Source of the DNA: Candidatus Multivorans sp.
GTDB lineage: Bacteria > Acidobacteriota > Thermoanaerobaculia > Multivoradales > Multivoraceae
Assembly (NCBI GenBank): GCA_965224025.1
Contig: OZ245033.1
Coordinates: forward strand, 320,001-384,000
Length of the DNA: 64,000 bases
Reading direction: 5' to 3'
Of this stretch, positions 29,890 to 39,397 are shown one piece after another. Below the pieces are notes generated by a model. It was not told the DNA's origin. It saw only the letters and a program-made list of their open reading frames with translations, and did no database searches. The translations under genes and the position numbers were made by a program. Each line of letters begins with the position of its first letter. Position 1 is the first letter of the stretch.

Positions 29890-31488
29890 ATGCACGAGAG
29901 CGAGAACAGCTCCGACGCGAACCGTTCGACTCCGGCCGGGGGGCGGGCGTTCAGCGGCTACTCCTGGTACGTCCTCGCCATTCTCATCCTCTGCTATCTC
30001 TTCAACTACGTCGACCGCAACATCCTCTCGATCCTCGCCGAGGAAGTGAAGCGTGACCTCGGCCTCGACGACGCCCAGATCGGCTTTCTCTACGGCACCG
30101 CGTTCGCGGTGTTCTACGCCGTCTTCGGCATACCTTTCGGACGTCTGGCCGATGCCTGGATCCGCAAGAACCTGATCGCCATCGGGCTCTTCTTCTGGAG
30201 CCTGATGACCGCCCTCACCGGCACCGCCAGGACCTTCGGGATGCTTGGCGCCTACCGCGTCGGAGTCGGCGTCGGAGAAGCCAGCCTCAGTCCGTCGGCG
30301 TACTCGTTGATCGTCGACTACTTCCCCCAGAGGCTGCGAGCCACGGCCCTGGCTCTCTACTCCAGCGGCATCTACCTCGGCGCCGCCGTCGGTTTCGCCC
30401 TCGGCGGCTGGATCGTCGACTTCTGGAATGCAAGGTATCCCGACGGGTCGAGTCCACTCGGCCTGGCCGCCTGGCAGGCTGCCTTCCTCGCCGTCGGCGT
30501 CCCGGGGCTGCTCATGGCCGTCTGGGTGTGGACCCTGCGGGAGCCCGCCAAGGGCCAGCAGGAGGGAGTGACGGTCGAGCCCACGGGCCGTCCCGAGCCG
30601 CTCAAGGAGTTCGGAGCGGTCATACCGCCCTTCACGGTCCTGAGCCTGTGGCGCTCGGGATGCGATCGGAATGGGTTGCTGCTCCACGCCGGCTGCACCG
30701 CCGCGCTCGCCCTCCTGGCGTGGGCGATGGTCGCCTCGGTCGGCGAGCCGGCCCAGTGGATCGCCCTGGCGATCGGCATCTACGCCGCCTTCTCCTGGGG
30801 CCAGGGGCTGGCCTATCGCGACCCCGACACCTTCGGTTCCATCCTCGGCAGCCGCGCCTTCATGTACACCTGTGTGGGTTTCGCCAGCCTGTCCTTCGTC
30901 ACCAACGGTCTCGCCTTCTGGACGGCGCCGCTCCTGATCCGCAGCTTCGACGCCAGCCCGACCCGGGTGGGGGCGCTGATGGGGGTAGGAGTCGCGGTCG
31001 GCGGCTGGATCGGCGTCACGGCCGGCGGCCTCATCTCCGATCGCCTCAAGCAGAGGACGCCGAACGGCCGGGTCATCCTCGGCCTGGCGACGGTCGTCCT
31101 GTCCGTGCCCGCGATGGTCCTGATGCTCACCGCCACGAGCCTCACGGCGGCCTTCGTCTACTTCCTCTTCACCGTTGCCCTGGTGTCTCTGTGGATCGGT
31201 CCAGGAGCGGCCGCGGCCAACGAACTGGTGCCGCCGCGAATGCGCTCGACGGCATCCGCGGTCTACCTGCTGCTCAACACCCTGATCGGTTTCGCCCTCG
31301 GGCCGTTCGCGGTCGGCAAGATCAGCGATGTCCTGGCCGCTGCCGGCCAGTCGCCGGCCGACTCGCTGCGCTACGCGATGATGCTCAGCATGCTGTTCTG
31401 GGCGGTTTCGGCGGCGTTCCTGTGGCGCGCCCGCGCCTACGTCGGGCCGGCCGAGGCTGCGCTCGCGTCTACCGACGCCGGGTCATAG
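29890..31488 (+). CDS. MFS transporter, spinster-like
   Basis: NYVDRNIL, GRLADAWIRK, GVGVGEASLSP, many transmembrane segments. Confidence 0.9.
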   Translation: MHESENSSDANRSTPAGGRAFSGYSWYVLAILILCYLFNYVDRNILSILAEEVKRDLGLDDAQIGFLYGTAFAVFYAVFGIPFGRLADAWIRKNLIAIGLFFWSLMTALTGTARTFGMLGAYRVGVGVGEASLSPSAYSLIVDYFPQRLRATALALYSSGIYLGAAVGFALGGWIVDFWNARYPDGSSPLGLAAWQAAFLAVGVPGLLMAVWVWTLREPAKGQQEGVTVEPTGRPEPLKEFGAVIPPFTVLSLWRSGCDRNGLLLHAGCTAALALLAWAMVASVGEPAQWIALAIGIYAAFSWGQGLAYRDPDTFGSILGSRAFMYTCVGFASLSFVTNGLAFWTAPLLIRSFDASPTRVGALMGVGVAVGGWIGVTAGGLISDRLKQRTPNGRVILGLATVVLSVPAMVLMLTATSLTAAFVYFLFTVALVSLWIGPGAAAANELVPPRMRSTASAVYLLLNTLIGFALGPFAVGKISDVLAAAGQSPADSLRYAMMLSMLFWAVSAAFLWRARAYVGPAEAALASTDAGS

Positions 31489-33055
31489 TCTCAACCAGAT
31501 CCGTCTTGAGGATCTTGCCCGACGCGTTGAGCGGGAACTCGTCGACGAAGCGCCACACCCTTGGCGCCTTGTAGGCCGCCACGCGCTCCCGCACGTACAG
31601 GGAGAGTTCCTCCTCACTGGGCCTTTTCTCTCTGGCAGGTCGAATGACCGCCGCCACCTGCTCGCCCCACTCCGGATCGGGAACGCCGATGACCGCCACT
31701 TCCGCGACATCCGCCCGTTCCAGAAGCAGGTCCTCGATCTCCTTGGGGTAGATGTTCTCTCCGCCGCGGATGATCATCTCCTTGAGCCGGCCATGAATCC
31801 GGCAGTAGCCGCGCTCGTCCATCGATCCGACGTCGCCGGTGTGGAGCCACCCGTCCTCGTCGATCGCCGCCGCCGTCGCTTCCGGCATCTCGAAGTAGCC
31901 GTGCATGACCAGGTAGCCGCGGGCGCGGATCTCGCCGGCCTCGCCGATGGGCAGGACGTCCCCCGTTTCGCGGTCCGCGATCTTGACTTCGGTCTGGGGC
32001 AGCGGCGGCCCGGCCGTTGACGCCTTGTCCTCGATCGAGTCGTCCGGGTAGTTCTGCGTGACTCCCGGCGACGCCTCGGTCTGGCCGTAGGAGATCGAGA
32101 AGCTGACTCCGAGCGAGTCTTCGATGCGGCGCACCAGTTCCGGCGGCACGGAGGTGCCGCCCGAGCACACGCTGGTCAGCGACGAGAGGTCGCGGCGCTC
32201 GAAGTCCGCGTGCTCGATGATCCGAAGCAACATCGTCGGCACGCCGGGAAGGAAGGTCACCCGCTCGCTCTCGATCAACTCCAGGATCAGACCCGGGTCG
32301 AACTGTTCGACGAGCACCACCGTCGACTGCTCGAAGAGCGGACCGAAGATCGCCAGACCGCCGCCGCTCGAGTGGAAGAGCGGCACCGCGTTGACCCACA
32401 CGTCGCCCATCCGGCCGCGCTCGGCGACGAACCGGGCGTTGTTCACCATGCCGCGGTGGTGCAGGACGACCCCCTTGGGAACTCCTGTCGTGCCCGAGGT
32501 GTACTGGATCTGGACCGGCGCGTCGGGACTCACCTCCGGGAGTTCGCCCGCGACCGGATCGCCGTCGATGAAGTCGCCCCACTCATCGAAGAAGAAGGCG
32601 TGCCTCAGGTGTTCGAGTTGCGGTCGAGCTTCATTGAGCGCGGCGGCCATCGAGTTGCCCCGATAGTCGCGCACCAGAAACAGACCCGCGGCCCGGGACT
32701 GGCCGAGTACGTACCGGAGCTCGGCGCTCCGGTAGGCCGGGTTGACGGTGACCAGGGTCAGCCCGGCAAGGGCGGCGCCGAGTTCGACCAGCACCCATTC
32801 CGGCAGATTCGGCGCCCAGACGGCGACGCGTTCTCCGGGCTCGAAGTACCGCAGGAGCCGCCCGGCCACGCGTTCGGCATCAGCGCGGAGCTGTTCGAAG
32901 GTCCAGCGGCGGCGCGAAGCCGGATCGGCTACGCCTTCTACCAGGGCAGTCGCCTCGGGAGCCGCCGACGCGGCCTCCCGCAGCAGCCTGCCCACGGTCC
33001 ACTCGAGCACCGGCTGACTCGTATCGGCCGGCCAATAGGACTCGGTCAGAGGCAT
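31469..33055 (-). CDS. Acyl-CoA synthetase (ACSF2-like)
   Basis: QYTSGTTGVPKG, YGQTE, GWLHTGD, GRLKEMIIRGGEN. ATG at 33055 (MPLTESYWPAD). Confidence 0.9.
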   Translation of the reverse strand: MPLTESYWPADTSQPVLEWTVGRLLREAASAAPEATALVEGVADPASRRRWTFEQLRADAERVAGRLLRYFEPGERVAVWAPNLPEWVLVELGAALAGLTLVTVNPAYRSAELRYVLGQSRAAGLFLVRDYRGNSMAAALNEARPQLEHLRHAFFFDEWGDFIDGDPVAGELPEVSPDAPVQIQYTSGTTGVPKGVVLHHRGMVNNARFVAERGRMGDVWVNAVPLFHSSGGGLAIFGPLFEQSTVVLVEQFDPGLILELIESERVTFLPGVPTMLLRIIEHADFERRDLSSLTSVCSGGTSVPPELVRRIEDSLGVSFSISYGQTEASPGVTQNYPDDSIEDKASTAGPPLPQTEVKIADRETGDVLPIGEAGEIRARGYLVMHGYFEMPEATAAAIDEDGWLHTGDVGSMDERGYCRIHGRLKEMIIRGGENIYPKEIEDLLLERADVAEVAVIGVPDPEWGEQVAAVIRPAREKRPSEEELSLYVRERVAAYKAPRVWRFVDEFPLNASGKILKTDLVETMTRRR

Positions 33056-33086
33056 CCGTACTGTGCCGATTCGCCTCGCGCTGCCG

Positions 33087-35795
33087 CTAGCGTCGCGGCG
33101 CGCCGGATGCGGGCAGGATGCCCGCGTTCCCAGGGTCGGAGGCACGGGTCGCGCCGGTCGGGTTCCCAGGATCGGAGTCACGGGTCGCTCCGCGCTGCAT
33201 GCTCCTGGCGCTCTCGCCGGTGTCGCGGCGGCCGACCCAGAAGGGGCTCGACCAGGCCTGGCCGCCGTCGAGCTGGGTCGCGCGCAGATAGTAGTAGTCG
33301 CCGGACGCCGGCTCCTCGAGGTCCACGAACTCGAACTCACGGTCCAGCGCGGCGCCGGCGTCGATCACCTGCAGACGGACGCGGTCGAGGTGGCGGCCGA
33401 CCGGCAACACCCGCTCGATGCGGCTCTCCTGGAGCTCGTCGAGTCCGAAGGCCACCACGGCGGCTGGGATGTCCACCGGCCGCCGCACCAGCGGCGGAGC
33501 GAAGCCATTCTCCCGCGCCGCGTCGAGGTGCAGGGTAACTCGCGTCGAGCTGCTGGCGCCGGCGAGGCGAAGCAACAGCGTGTTCATCCGGCCGCGGGTC
33601 TCGGTGTAGAAGCGCACCCGCTGCGGCTGGTCCGGATCGACCTCGGCCCACTCGAGGTAGGGGTTCTTGAAGCCAGGGGACTCGATGCCGAGAAGCCGCG
33701 CCCCCGTGACCTCGAGCACACCCGTCCACACCCTGTAGACGCGCGGATTGTCGCGGTCGGGGGCGAACACCTCCGAAGACGACTCGAAGCCGATCTGCAG
33801 CCACGCGCTCGATTCCAGCGGCGCCGACAGGTAGCCGCGGCTGCGCAGGACGCGTCCGTTCTTGATCAGGTCGATGCGGTCGATCGGCGACGTGCCGGAG
33901 ACGCGGCAGAAGAACGCCCGCCGCTCCGCGTGTGGCTGCCGCGTTCCCATCGGCTCGCCATTCAGGGTGGCGGAGAGCAGGATTCGCTGGCCCGAGGTCG
34001 CGTAGGCGCGCCGTGCACGCAACGCGTCGAAGACCGCGTCCGTCGTCTTCTCCGGCGCCACAGCCGCCGCCAGGCCGGGGCCCTGAACGTGAGGCGAAAA
34101 GAAGAGCCCCGGGTTGTAGCCGGGCTTGGCGCGGTGATCGTCCGAGGCCGAGATGAAGCCGATCTCGAAGCCGTTCTGCAGGTAGCGGTTGCCGAACCAC
34201 TCGAAGGTCCCATGCTGTGACGTGATCTCCACCAGCGTCTCGAGATCGCCCGCGCTCTGGTTCCAGTCGCCGGCCTGATGGGCGTGAGGAATGACCAGAA
34301 CCGCAGACGGATCGTTCTCGGCCCGCAGACGTTCGTACATCTCGGCCAGGGTCGGCGCCTCCTGGTTCGGCACCCGGGGACGGTCGCGGGAGCGGAAGAA
34401 GACGTTGTGGTGACCGCCCAGATCCCGCCTGGCGCTCCATTCGTAACCGAGGATGGCCAGGAACTCTCTCTCTTCGGTGAAGTCGCGGCTGAGTTCCTGG
34501 AGATGGCTCCACTCCAGGTCGTCCATCGACGAGTCGTGATCGGTCAGGGCGACGAAGTCGAGCCGCGCGTCGTCGCGCGCATAGCGATAGAACTGCTCGC
34601 CGCCGCCCTGGCCCTCGGCGAAGCCAGCGTGTCCGTGCAGCTCGCCCCAGTAGATCCGCTCTGCCGGCGCCGCCTCGACCCAGACCGGGTTGCTCTCGGC
34701 CTCGAGCCGGCCGTCCGCGGAACGCACGACGAACCGAGCGACTCCCGAATCGCTCACCGTCACCCCCTCGACCCGGGCAGCCGACTCCGAACCCGCCGGC
34801 ACCGTGGCGACCGTTTCGCCGTCGAGCAAAACGATGTACTCCTGGCCGGTGACGCCGCGCGAGCGGTTGAAGTAGCGGTCCTCGCTGCGCACGACCAGAC
34901 CGATCTCCTCGCCCGCCGCGACCACCGACGGGGCGAAGACCGCCAGGGACTCCACCTCGTCCAGGCTGACGACTTCGTGGTGCGGCCAATTCGGCGTGAA
35001 GTAGACACCGGCGCCTTCAAGATCGACGTAGACGGGCAGCACCAGGGCTTCAGTGGTCAGCGTCTGCAGCCTGAGTCCGCCCGACCCCTGCGACCGGTCG
35101 CCATAGGTGAAGGTGACGGTGTCGCCCTGCTCGAGATTGCCTTCGGCGAGCCGGAACACCACCATCGGCTCCTCGTCCTGGAAGCCGCCGTGCTTCCCCG
35201 ACAGCGGAGTGCGGTCCTTCTCCCAGCGCGCATCGGGGTTCGAGGAACGAAGCGATACGTAGTTGTCAGCGGCCGGATCCTCGTGTTGCATCGACTCCTG
35301 GTCCGACATGATCTGGGCGCCGAGCAGGAAGGAACCGCCGGTCGCCATGCTCATCGAACCGACGGTGTACGTCTGTTCGATTTCGGCCCGCTCGCCGGCG
35401 ATCAGCAACCCGCCGGTCCTGGCCGTCACGTCGCCGATGGCGTCCGGGCGCTCGTCCCGAATCGCCAGTTCACCGATCTTGTCGTCGAGAGTTCCGAGGA
35501 TCCGTTCGGAGATGCCGCGGCCAAGTTCATGCTGGCTGACGACCCGCATGACCGTCGTCGTGCTGTCCATGGGCAGCGTTCGACCCGTGACCGCATAGGC
35601 GTTCAGCCACTCCCAGAACACGCCGGCGCGCTCGGTCGCGTTGTCCTGAGTCGACGGCCCCGCCTCGACCTCCTGCTTGAGCGTCTCCACGCGGGACCGC
35701 AGGTCCGCCTCGAGGTAATCGTCACCGGGCGCCGGCGCACAGCCGACAACAACGGCGAGCGCGGGCAGGGCCCTCCTGAGTGGAACGCTCAACAC
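33087..35795 (-). CDS. DUF3604/PHP-like metallohydrolase lipoprotein, paralog B
   Basis: VVGC lipobox; WGELHGHA, TDHD, GYEW, GGHHNV, IPHAH, SDDH. GTG start at 35795 inferred from AAGGAG. The C-terminal tail reads through repeat DNA. Confidence 0.8.
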   Translation of the reverse strand: MLSVPLRRALPALAVVVGCAPAPGDDYLEADLRSRVETLKQEVEAGPSTQDNATERAGVFWEWLNAYAVTGRTLPMDSTTTVMRVVSQHELGRGISERILGTLDDKIGELAIRDERPDAIGDVTARTGGLLIAGERAEIEQTYTVGSMSMATGGSFLLGAQIMSDQESMQHEDPAADNYVSLRSSNPDARWEKDRTPLSGKHGGFQDEEPMVVFRLAEGNLEQGDTVTFTYGDRSQGSGGLRLQTLTTEALVLPVYVDLEGAGVYFTPNWPHHEVVSLDEVESLAVFAPSVVAAGEEIGLVVRSEDRYFNRSRGVTGQEYIVLLDGETVATVPAGSESAARVEGVTVSDSGVARFVVRSADGRLEAESNPVWVEAAPAERIYWGELHGHAGFAEGQGGGEQFYRYARDDARLDFVALTDHDSSMDDLEWSHLQELSRDFTEEREFLAILGYEWSARRDLGGHHNVFFRSRDRPRVPNQEAPTLAEMYERLRAENDPSAVLVIPHAHQAGDWNQSAGDLETLVEITSQHGTFEWFGNRYLQNGFEIGFISASDDHRAKPGYNPGLFFSPHVQGPGLAAAVAPEKTTDAVFDALRARRAYATSGQRILLSATLNGEPMGTRQPHAERRAFFCRVSGTSPIDRIDLIKNGRVLRSRGYLSAPLESSAWLQIGFESSSEVFAPDRDNPRVYRVWTGVLEVTGARLLGIESPGFKNPYLEWAEVDPDQPQRVRFYTETRGRMNTLLLRLAGASSSTRVTLHLDAARENGFAPPLVRRPVDIPAAVVAFGLDELQESRIERVLPVGRHLDRVRLQVIDAGAALDREFEFVDLEEPASGDYYYLRATQLDGGQAWSSPFWVGRRDTGESARSMQRGATRDSDPGNPTGATRASDPGNAGILPASGAPRR
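33097..33188 (+). repeat. REP-like hairpin plus a 27-bp direct repeat with 36-bp period
   Basis: GCGCCGGATGCGGGCAGGATGCCCGCGTTCCCAG; 33126-33152 and 33162-33188 match at 25/27 positions. Confidence 0.75.
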
Positions 35796-35929
35796 TCGAA
35801 TCCGACGCTCCTTCGAGCCTGAATGGCCGCAATCAAGGTAGCACGGCCGGCCGACCACGCCCGCGACGGCCCCGGTCCGGGCCGGTAGTATGTGCCGTTC
35901 CAACACGAAACAGGACAACCGGAGGGGCC

Positions 35930-36778
35930 ATGGGACTGCTGGACGGCAAGGTGGCCATCGTTACCGGCGCGGGCAACGGCCTGGGCAGATCGCACGCCCT
36001 GCTCCTCGCCGCCGAGGGCGCACGGGTACTGGTCAACGACCCGGGCTGTGCGCGGGACGGTTCTGGCGAAAGCGACGTTGCGGACGAGGTCGTCGACCTG
36101 ATCCGCGCCGAAGGCGGAGATGCCGCCGCAAGCAAGGTCGCGGTCGGACCGTTCGAAGCCGCCGCGGAGCTCGTCCAGCAGGCGGTGGACACCTTCGGCG
36201 GAGTCGACGTCCTGGTCAACAACGCCGGCATCCTGCGCGATCGCACGGCCCTCAAGATGAGTGAAAAGGAGTGGGACTCCGTTCTCACCGTGCATCTGAG
36301 CGGCACCTTCTCCTGCCTGCAGGCCGCCGCCCGCGTGATGCGCGAGCAGGGCCGGGGTGGCCGGATCATCAACACCACGTCCGTTGCCGGCATGCAGGGC
36401 AACTTCGGCCAGAGCAACTACTCCGCCGCCAAGGCCGGCATCTACGCGGTGACGCGCACCGCCGCCATGGAACTCCAGCGCTACAAGATCACCGTCAACA
36501 CGATCTCGCCCACCGCCTACACGCGGATGACCGCGGACAATCCCGGCGTCACCGAGAGCTTCGGGGACCGCTATGGACCCCAACACGCCTCGCCCCTGGT
36601 CGTGTTTCTGGCCTCGGACCACGCCGCTCACATCACCGGTCAGACGCTGGGAGTCGAAGGCACGCACATCTTCGCCTACCGCATGATGAGCACCGTGGGC
36701 GTCAAGCAGTACGTGGGCGACGACCCCTGGAAGCCGGCCGCGATCCGGCACGTGATCGACCAGGTGATCGGCCACTGA
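35930..36778 (+). CDS. SDR oxidoreductase (MFE-2 hydroxyacyl-CoA dehydrogenase-like)
   Basis: TGAGNGLG, LVND, NNAGILRD, GNFGQSNYSAAKAG. ATG at 35930 after GGAGG. Confidence 0.92.
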   Translation: MGLLDGKVAIVTGAGNGLGRSHALLLAAEGARVLVNDPGCARDGSGESDVADEVVDLIRAEGGDAAASKVAVGPFEAAAELVQQAVDTFGGVDVLVNNAGILRDRTALKMSEKEWDSVLTVHLSGTFSCLQAAARVMREQGRGGRIINTTSVAGMQGNFGQSNYSAAKAGIYAVTRTAAMELQRYKITVNTISPTAYTRMTADNPGVTESFGDRYGPQHASPLVVFLASDHAAHITGQTLGVEGTHIFAYRMMSTVGVKQYVGDDPWKPAAIRHVIDQVIGH

Positions 36779-39393
36779 TGCCGCTCCCCAGCCGTGCCGC
36801 GGCCGGAGTGGTCGCGTCGCTGGCGGTGCTGTGGATCGGCTGCGGCCTCGGGTCCGAGTCGGTCCCGCGCGACAGGGATCTGCGCCACCGGGTCGAGAAG
36901 CTGATCGCGGACGTCGAGCGGAAGCCCACCTCGGCGGCCACCGTCTTTCGCCGGACCGACACGCTGTGGGACTGGGGCAACCGCTTCGCCATGGACGGCG
37001 GCGTTCTGCCGGCCGACCTGCCTCTGGCGGTGGCTCTGATTCGCTTCGCCGAGGCGGACGGCGGTGAAGTCGACCTGCCGCCGGCCATCGACCTGTACCT
37101 CGAGACGCACCTGGAGCGCTTCGACCAGTACGTGCGCGAACTCGCGTTGAAGGAGTCCGAGCCCCACGCTGTCGGCGAGCTGCGCATGTCGACGCCCGGC
37201 CCCCTGATCGCCGGCGCCACGGCCACCGTCGAGCAGACATACATCGTCGGGTCCCGCGGTCTCGCACCGGGCGGTGGATTCCTGGTCGGCAAGTCGGGAA
37301 CCGGCAACGAGACGCGACCCCAGAACCTGAATCCGGCCGGGGACAACTTCGTGTCGCTGCGCAGTTCCAACCCGGCGGCGACCTTCGAGCCCCTCCAGGT
37401 CGAATGGAACGGGGTCCATTCGCACGTCCCGGGCAAGCGACCGCTGCCCGGTTTTCGGCTTGAAGGAGCCGCGCTCGAGTCTGGCGAAACGGTCACGTTC
37501 ATCTACGGCGGCGAATCGAGCCGTCTCACGGTGCCGGCATTCAGCAACGACGAGTTGGTGCTTCCGGTCTACGTGGACATCGACGGCAGCGGGACCTACC
37601 TGACTCCCGCGCTGCCCGGAATCGAGGTCGTCGGCGAGCCGGAAGTCCACGCGGTTCGGCTCCTGGCGCCCTCGGTCGTTGCCGCGGGCGAGCCCTTCGA
37701 GATCACGGTGCGCAGCGAGGACCGGGCGATCAACCGGTCCAGCGGCGCGATTCCCGCCTACGAGGTCCTCCTGGAAGGCGACGCGATCGCCAGGATCGAG
37801 GCCGCGCACGGCGCCCTGTCGGTGGTGCAGGGACTGACGATCGAGACGCCCGGCGTCCATCGCCTCGAGGTGCGCTCAGTCGACGGCAACCTGAATGCCA
37901 CCAGCAACCCGATCCGCGTCGAGCTCGAGCCGGAGGTACGCATCTACTGGGGCGACACGCACGGCCACACCGGACTGGCCGAGGGCACCGGCTCGGCGCG
38001 GGCCTTCTTCGAGTACGCCAGCCGGGACGCCCGCCTCGACTTCGCCACGCTCTCGGAGCACGACATCTGGATGGACGACGGTGAGTGGCTCGACCTCCAG
38101 GAGTTGACCCGCGACTTCAGCGAAGACGGCCGCTTTGTCGGCATCCCGGGCTATGAATGGACGGCGTTCCGCAACCGCGGCGGGCACCACAACGTCTTCT
38201 TTCGGGATCCAGGAAGCCGTCGAGTTCCGGTTCAGGAAGCGACGCGGCTGCCCGATCTCTACCGGCAACTGCACGCCATCTACGAGCCCGACGAGGTCCT
38301 CGTCATTCCGCACGCCCACCGCGCCGCCGACTGGACTCGGAGCGATCCCGAACTGGAGAAGCTGGTCGAGCTGTACTCCGTTCACGGCAGTTTCGAGTGG
38401 TTCGCCAACCGTTACCTGCAGAGCGGCTTCGAACTCGGCTTCGTCGCCGCCTCGGATGACCACCACGCCAAGCCGGGACTCGCGCCGGGCCCCGTCTCGA
38501 GCGTTTCCCAGCCCGGCGGCCTGGCCGCTGTCCTGGCGCCGGAGCTCAGCCGAGACGCCCTCTTCTCGGCGCTGCGCAATCTCTCGTCCTACGCCACCTC
38601 GGGACAGCGCATGCTCCTCGAAGCGACCGTCAACGGAGCCGGAATGGGCACTCGGCAGGAGAGCGCGGAGCGGCGTGAGATCCGGGTCAACGTGAGCGGC
38701 ACGGCCCCGATCGACAGCATCGACGTGGTGCGCAACGGCGAGATCATTCTCAGCAGACGGTACGTGGCCGCACCGCTTGGCGCGCGCAGTTGGCTGCAGG
38801 TGTCCTTCGAGTCATCCTCCCAGGTATTCGGCCAGCAAGTCGACAACCCACGCGGCTACAGGCTCTGGGAGGGAACCCTCGAGGTGCGGGGAGCCCGGGT
38901 CCCGCAGGTGGTTCCGGCCGGCCTCGACAACCCCCTTCGCGACCAGGTCTCACGGCTCGATCCGGGCGCCGGTCACGGCGCCAGGTTCCGCATCCTGACT
39001 CGGGGCCGCGCCGACTCCTTCCTGGTCGAACTCGATGGCGCGGGCCCCCATACGCTGCTGAGTTTCCATCTGAACGAGAGCGCCGAGTCCGGTTTCGCGC
39101 CGGGAATCCGGCCCGCCGCCCGGATTCCCGCCGCCGACTTCGCCATCCGGCTGGGCGAACTCGAAGCTGGCCGCCTCGACCATGAGCTGCCGGTCGGGCC
39201 CCATCCGGATCGCCTGAGTCTGCAGGTGATCGATCCCGCCGCCGCCCTCGATCGGGAGTTCCAGTTCGTCGACCTCGACGGCGTCCGAGACGGCGACTAC
39301 TACTATGTCCGCGTGACCCAACTCGACGGCGGCCGTGCCTGGTCGAGCCCGTTCTGGGTCGGAAGTCGACCCGCCGGCAACGGAGGACAGTAA
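36778..39393 (+). CDS. DUF3604/PHP-like metallohydrolase lipoprotein, paralog C
   Basis: TGATG coupling to the SDR; WIGC lipobox-like; WGDTHGHT, SEHD, GYEW, GGHHNV, IPHAH, SDDH, WSSPFWV. Confidence 0.8.
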   Translation: MPLPSRAAAGVVASLAVLWIGCGLGSESVPRDRDLRHRVEKLIADVERKPTSAATVFRRTDTLWDWGNRFAMDGGVLPADLPLAVALIRFAEADGGEVDLPPAIDLYLETHLERFDQYVRELALKESEPHAVGELRMSTPGPLIAGATATVEQTYIVGSRGLAPGGGFLVGKSGTGNETRPQNLNPAGDNFVSLRSSNPAATFEPLQVEWNGVHSHVPGKRPLPGFRLEGAALESGETVTFIYGGESSRLTVPAFSNDELVLPVYVDIDGSGTYLTPALPGIEVVGEPEVHAVRLLAPSVVAAGEPFEITVRSEDRAINRSSGAIPAYEVLLEGDAIARIEAAHGALSVVQGLTIETPGVHRLEVRSVDGNLNATSNPIRVELEPEVRIYWGDTHGHTGLAEGTGSARAFFEYASRDARLDFATLSEHDIWMDDGEWLDLQELTRDFSEDGRFVGIPGYEWTAFRNRGGHHNVFFRDPGSRRVPVQEATRLPDLYRQLHAIYEPDEVLVIPHAHRAADWTRSDPELEKLVELYSVHGSFEWFANRYLQSGFELGFVAASDDHHAKPGLAPGPVSSVSQPGGLAAVLAPELSRDALFSALRNLSSYATSGQRMLLEATVNGAGMGTRQESAERREIRVNVSGTAPIDSIDVVRNGEIILSRRYVAAPLGARSWLQVSFESSSQVFGQQVDNPRGYRLWEGTLEVRGARVPQVVPAGLDNPLRDQVSRLDPGAGHGARFRILTRGRADSFLVELDGAGPHTLLSFHLNESAESGFAPGIRPAARIPAADFAIRLGELEAGRLDHELPVGPHPDRLSLQVIDPAAALDREFQFVDLDGVRDGDYYYVRVTQLDGGRAWSSPFWVGSRPAGNGGQ

Positions 39394-39397
39394 GAAC

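Noticed and set aside
33126-33188. 27-bp direct repeats as a mini-CRISPR
   Set aside because: Only two units, a 9-bp spacer, no cas genes, and the repeats lie inside a reading frame.
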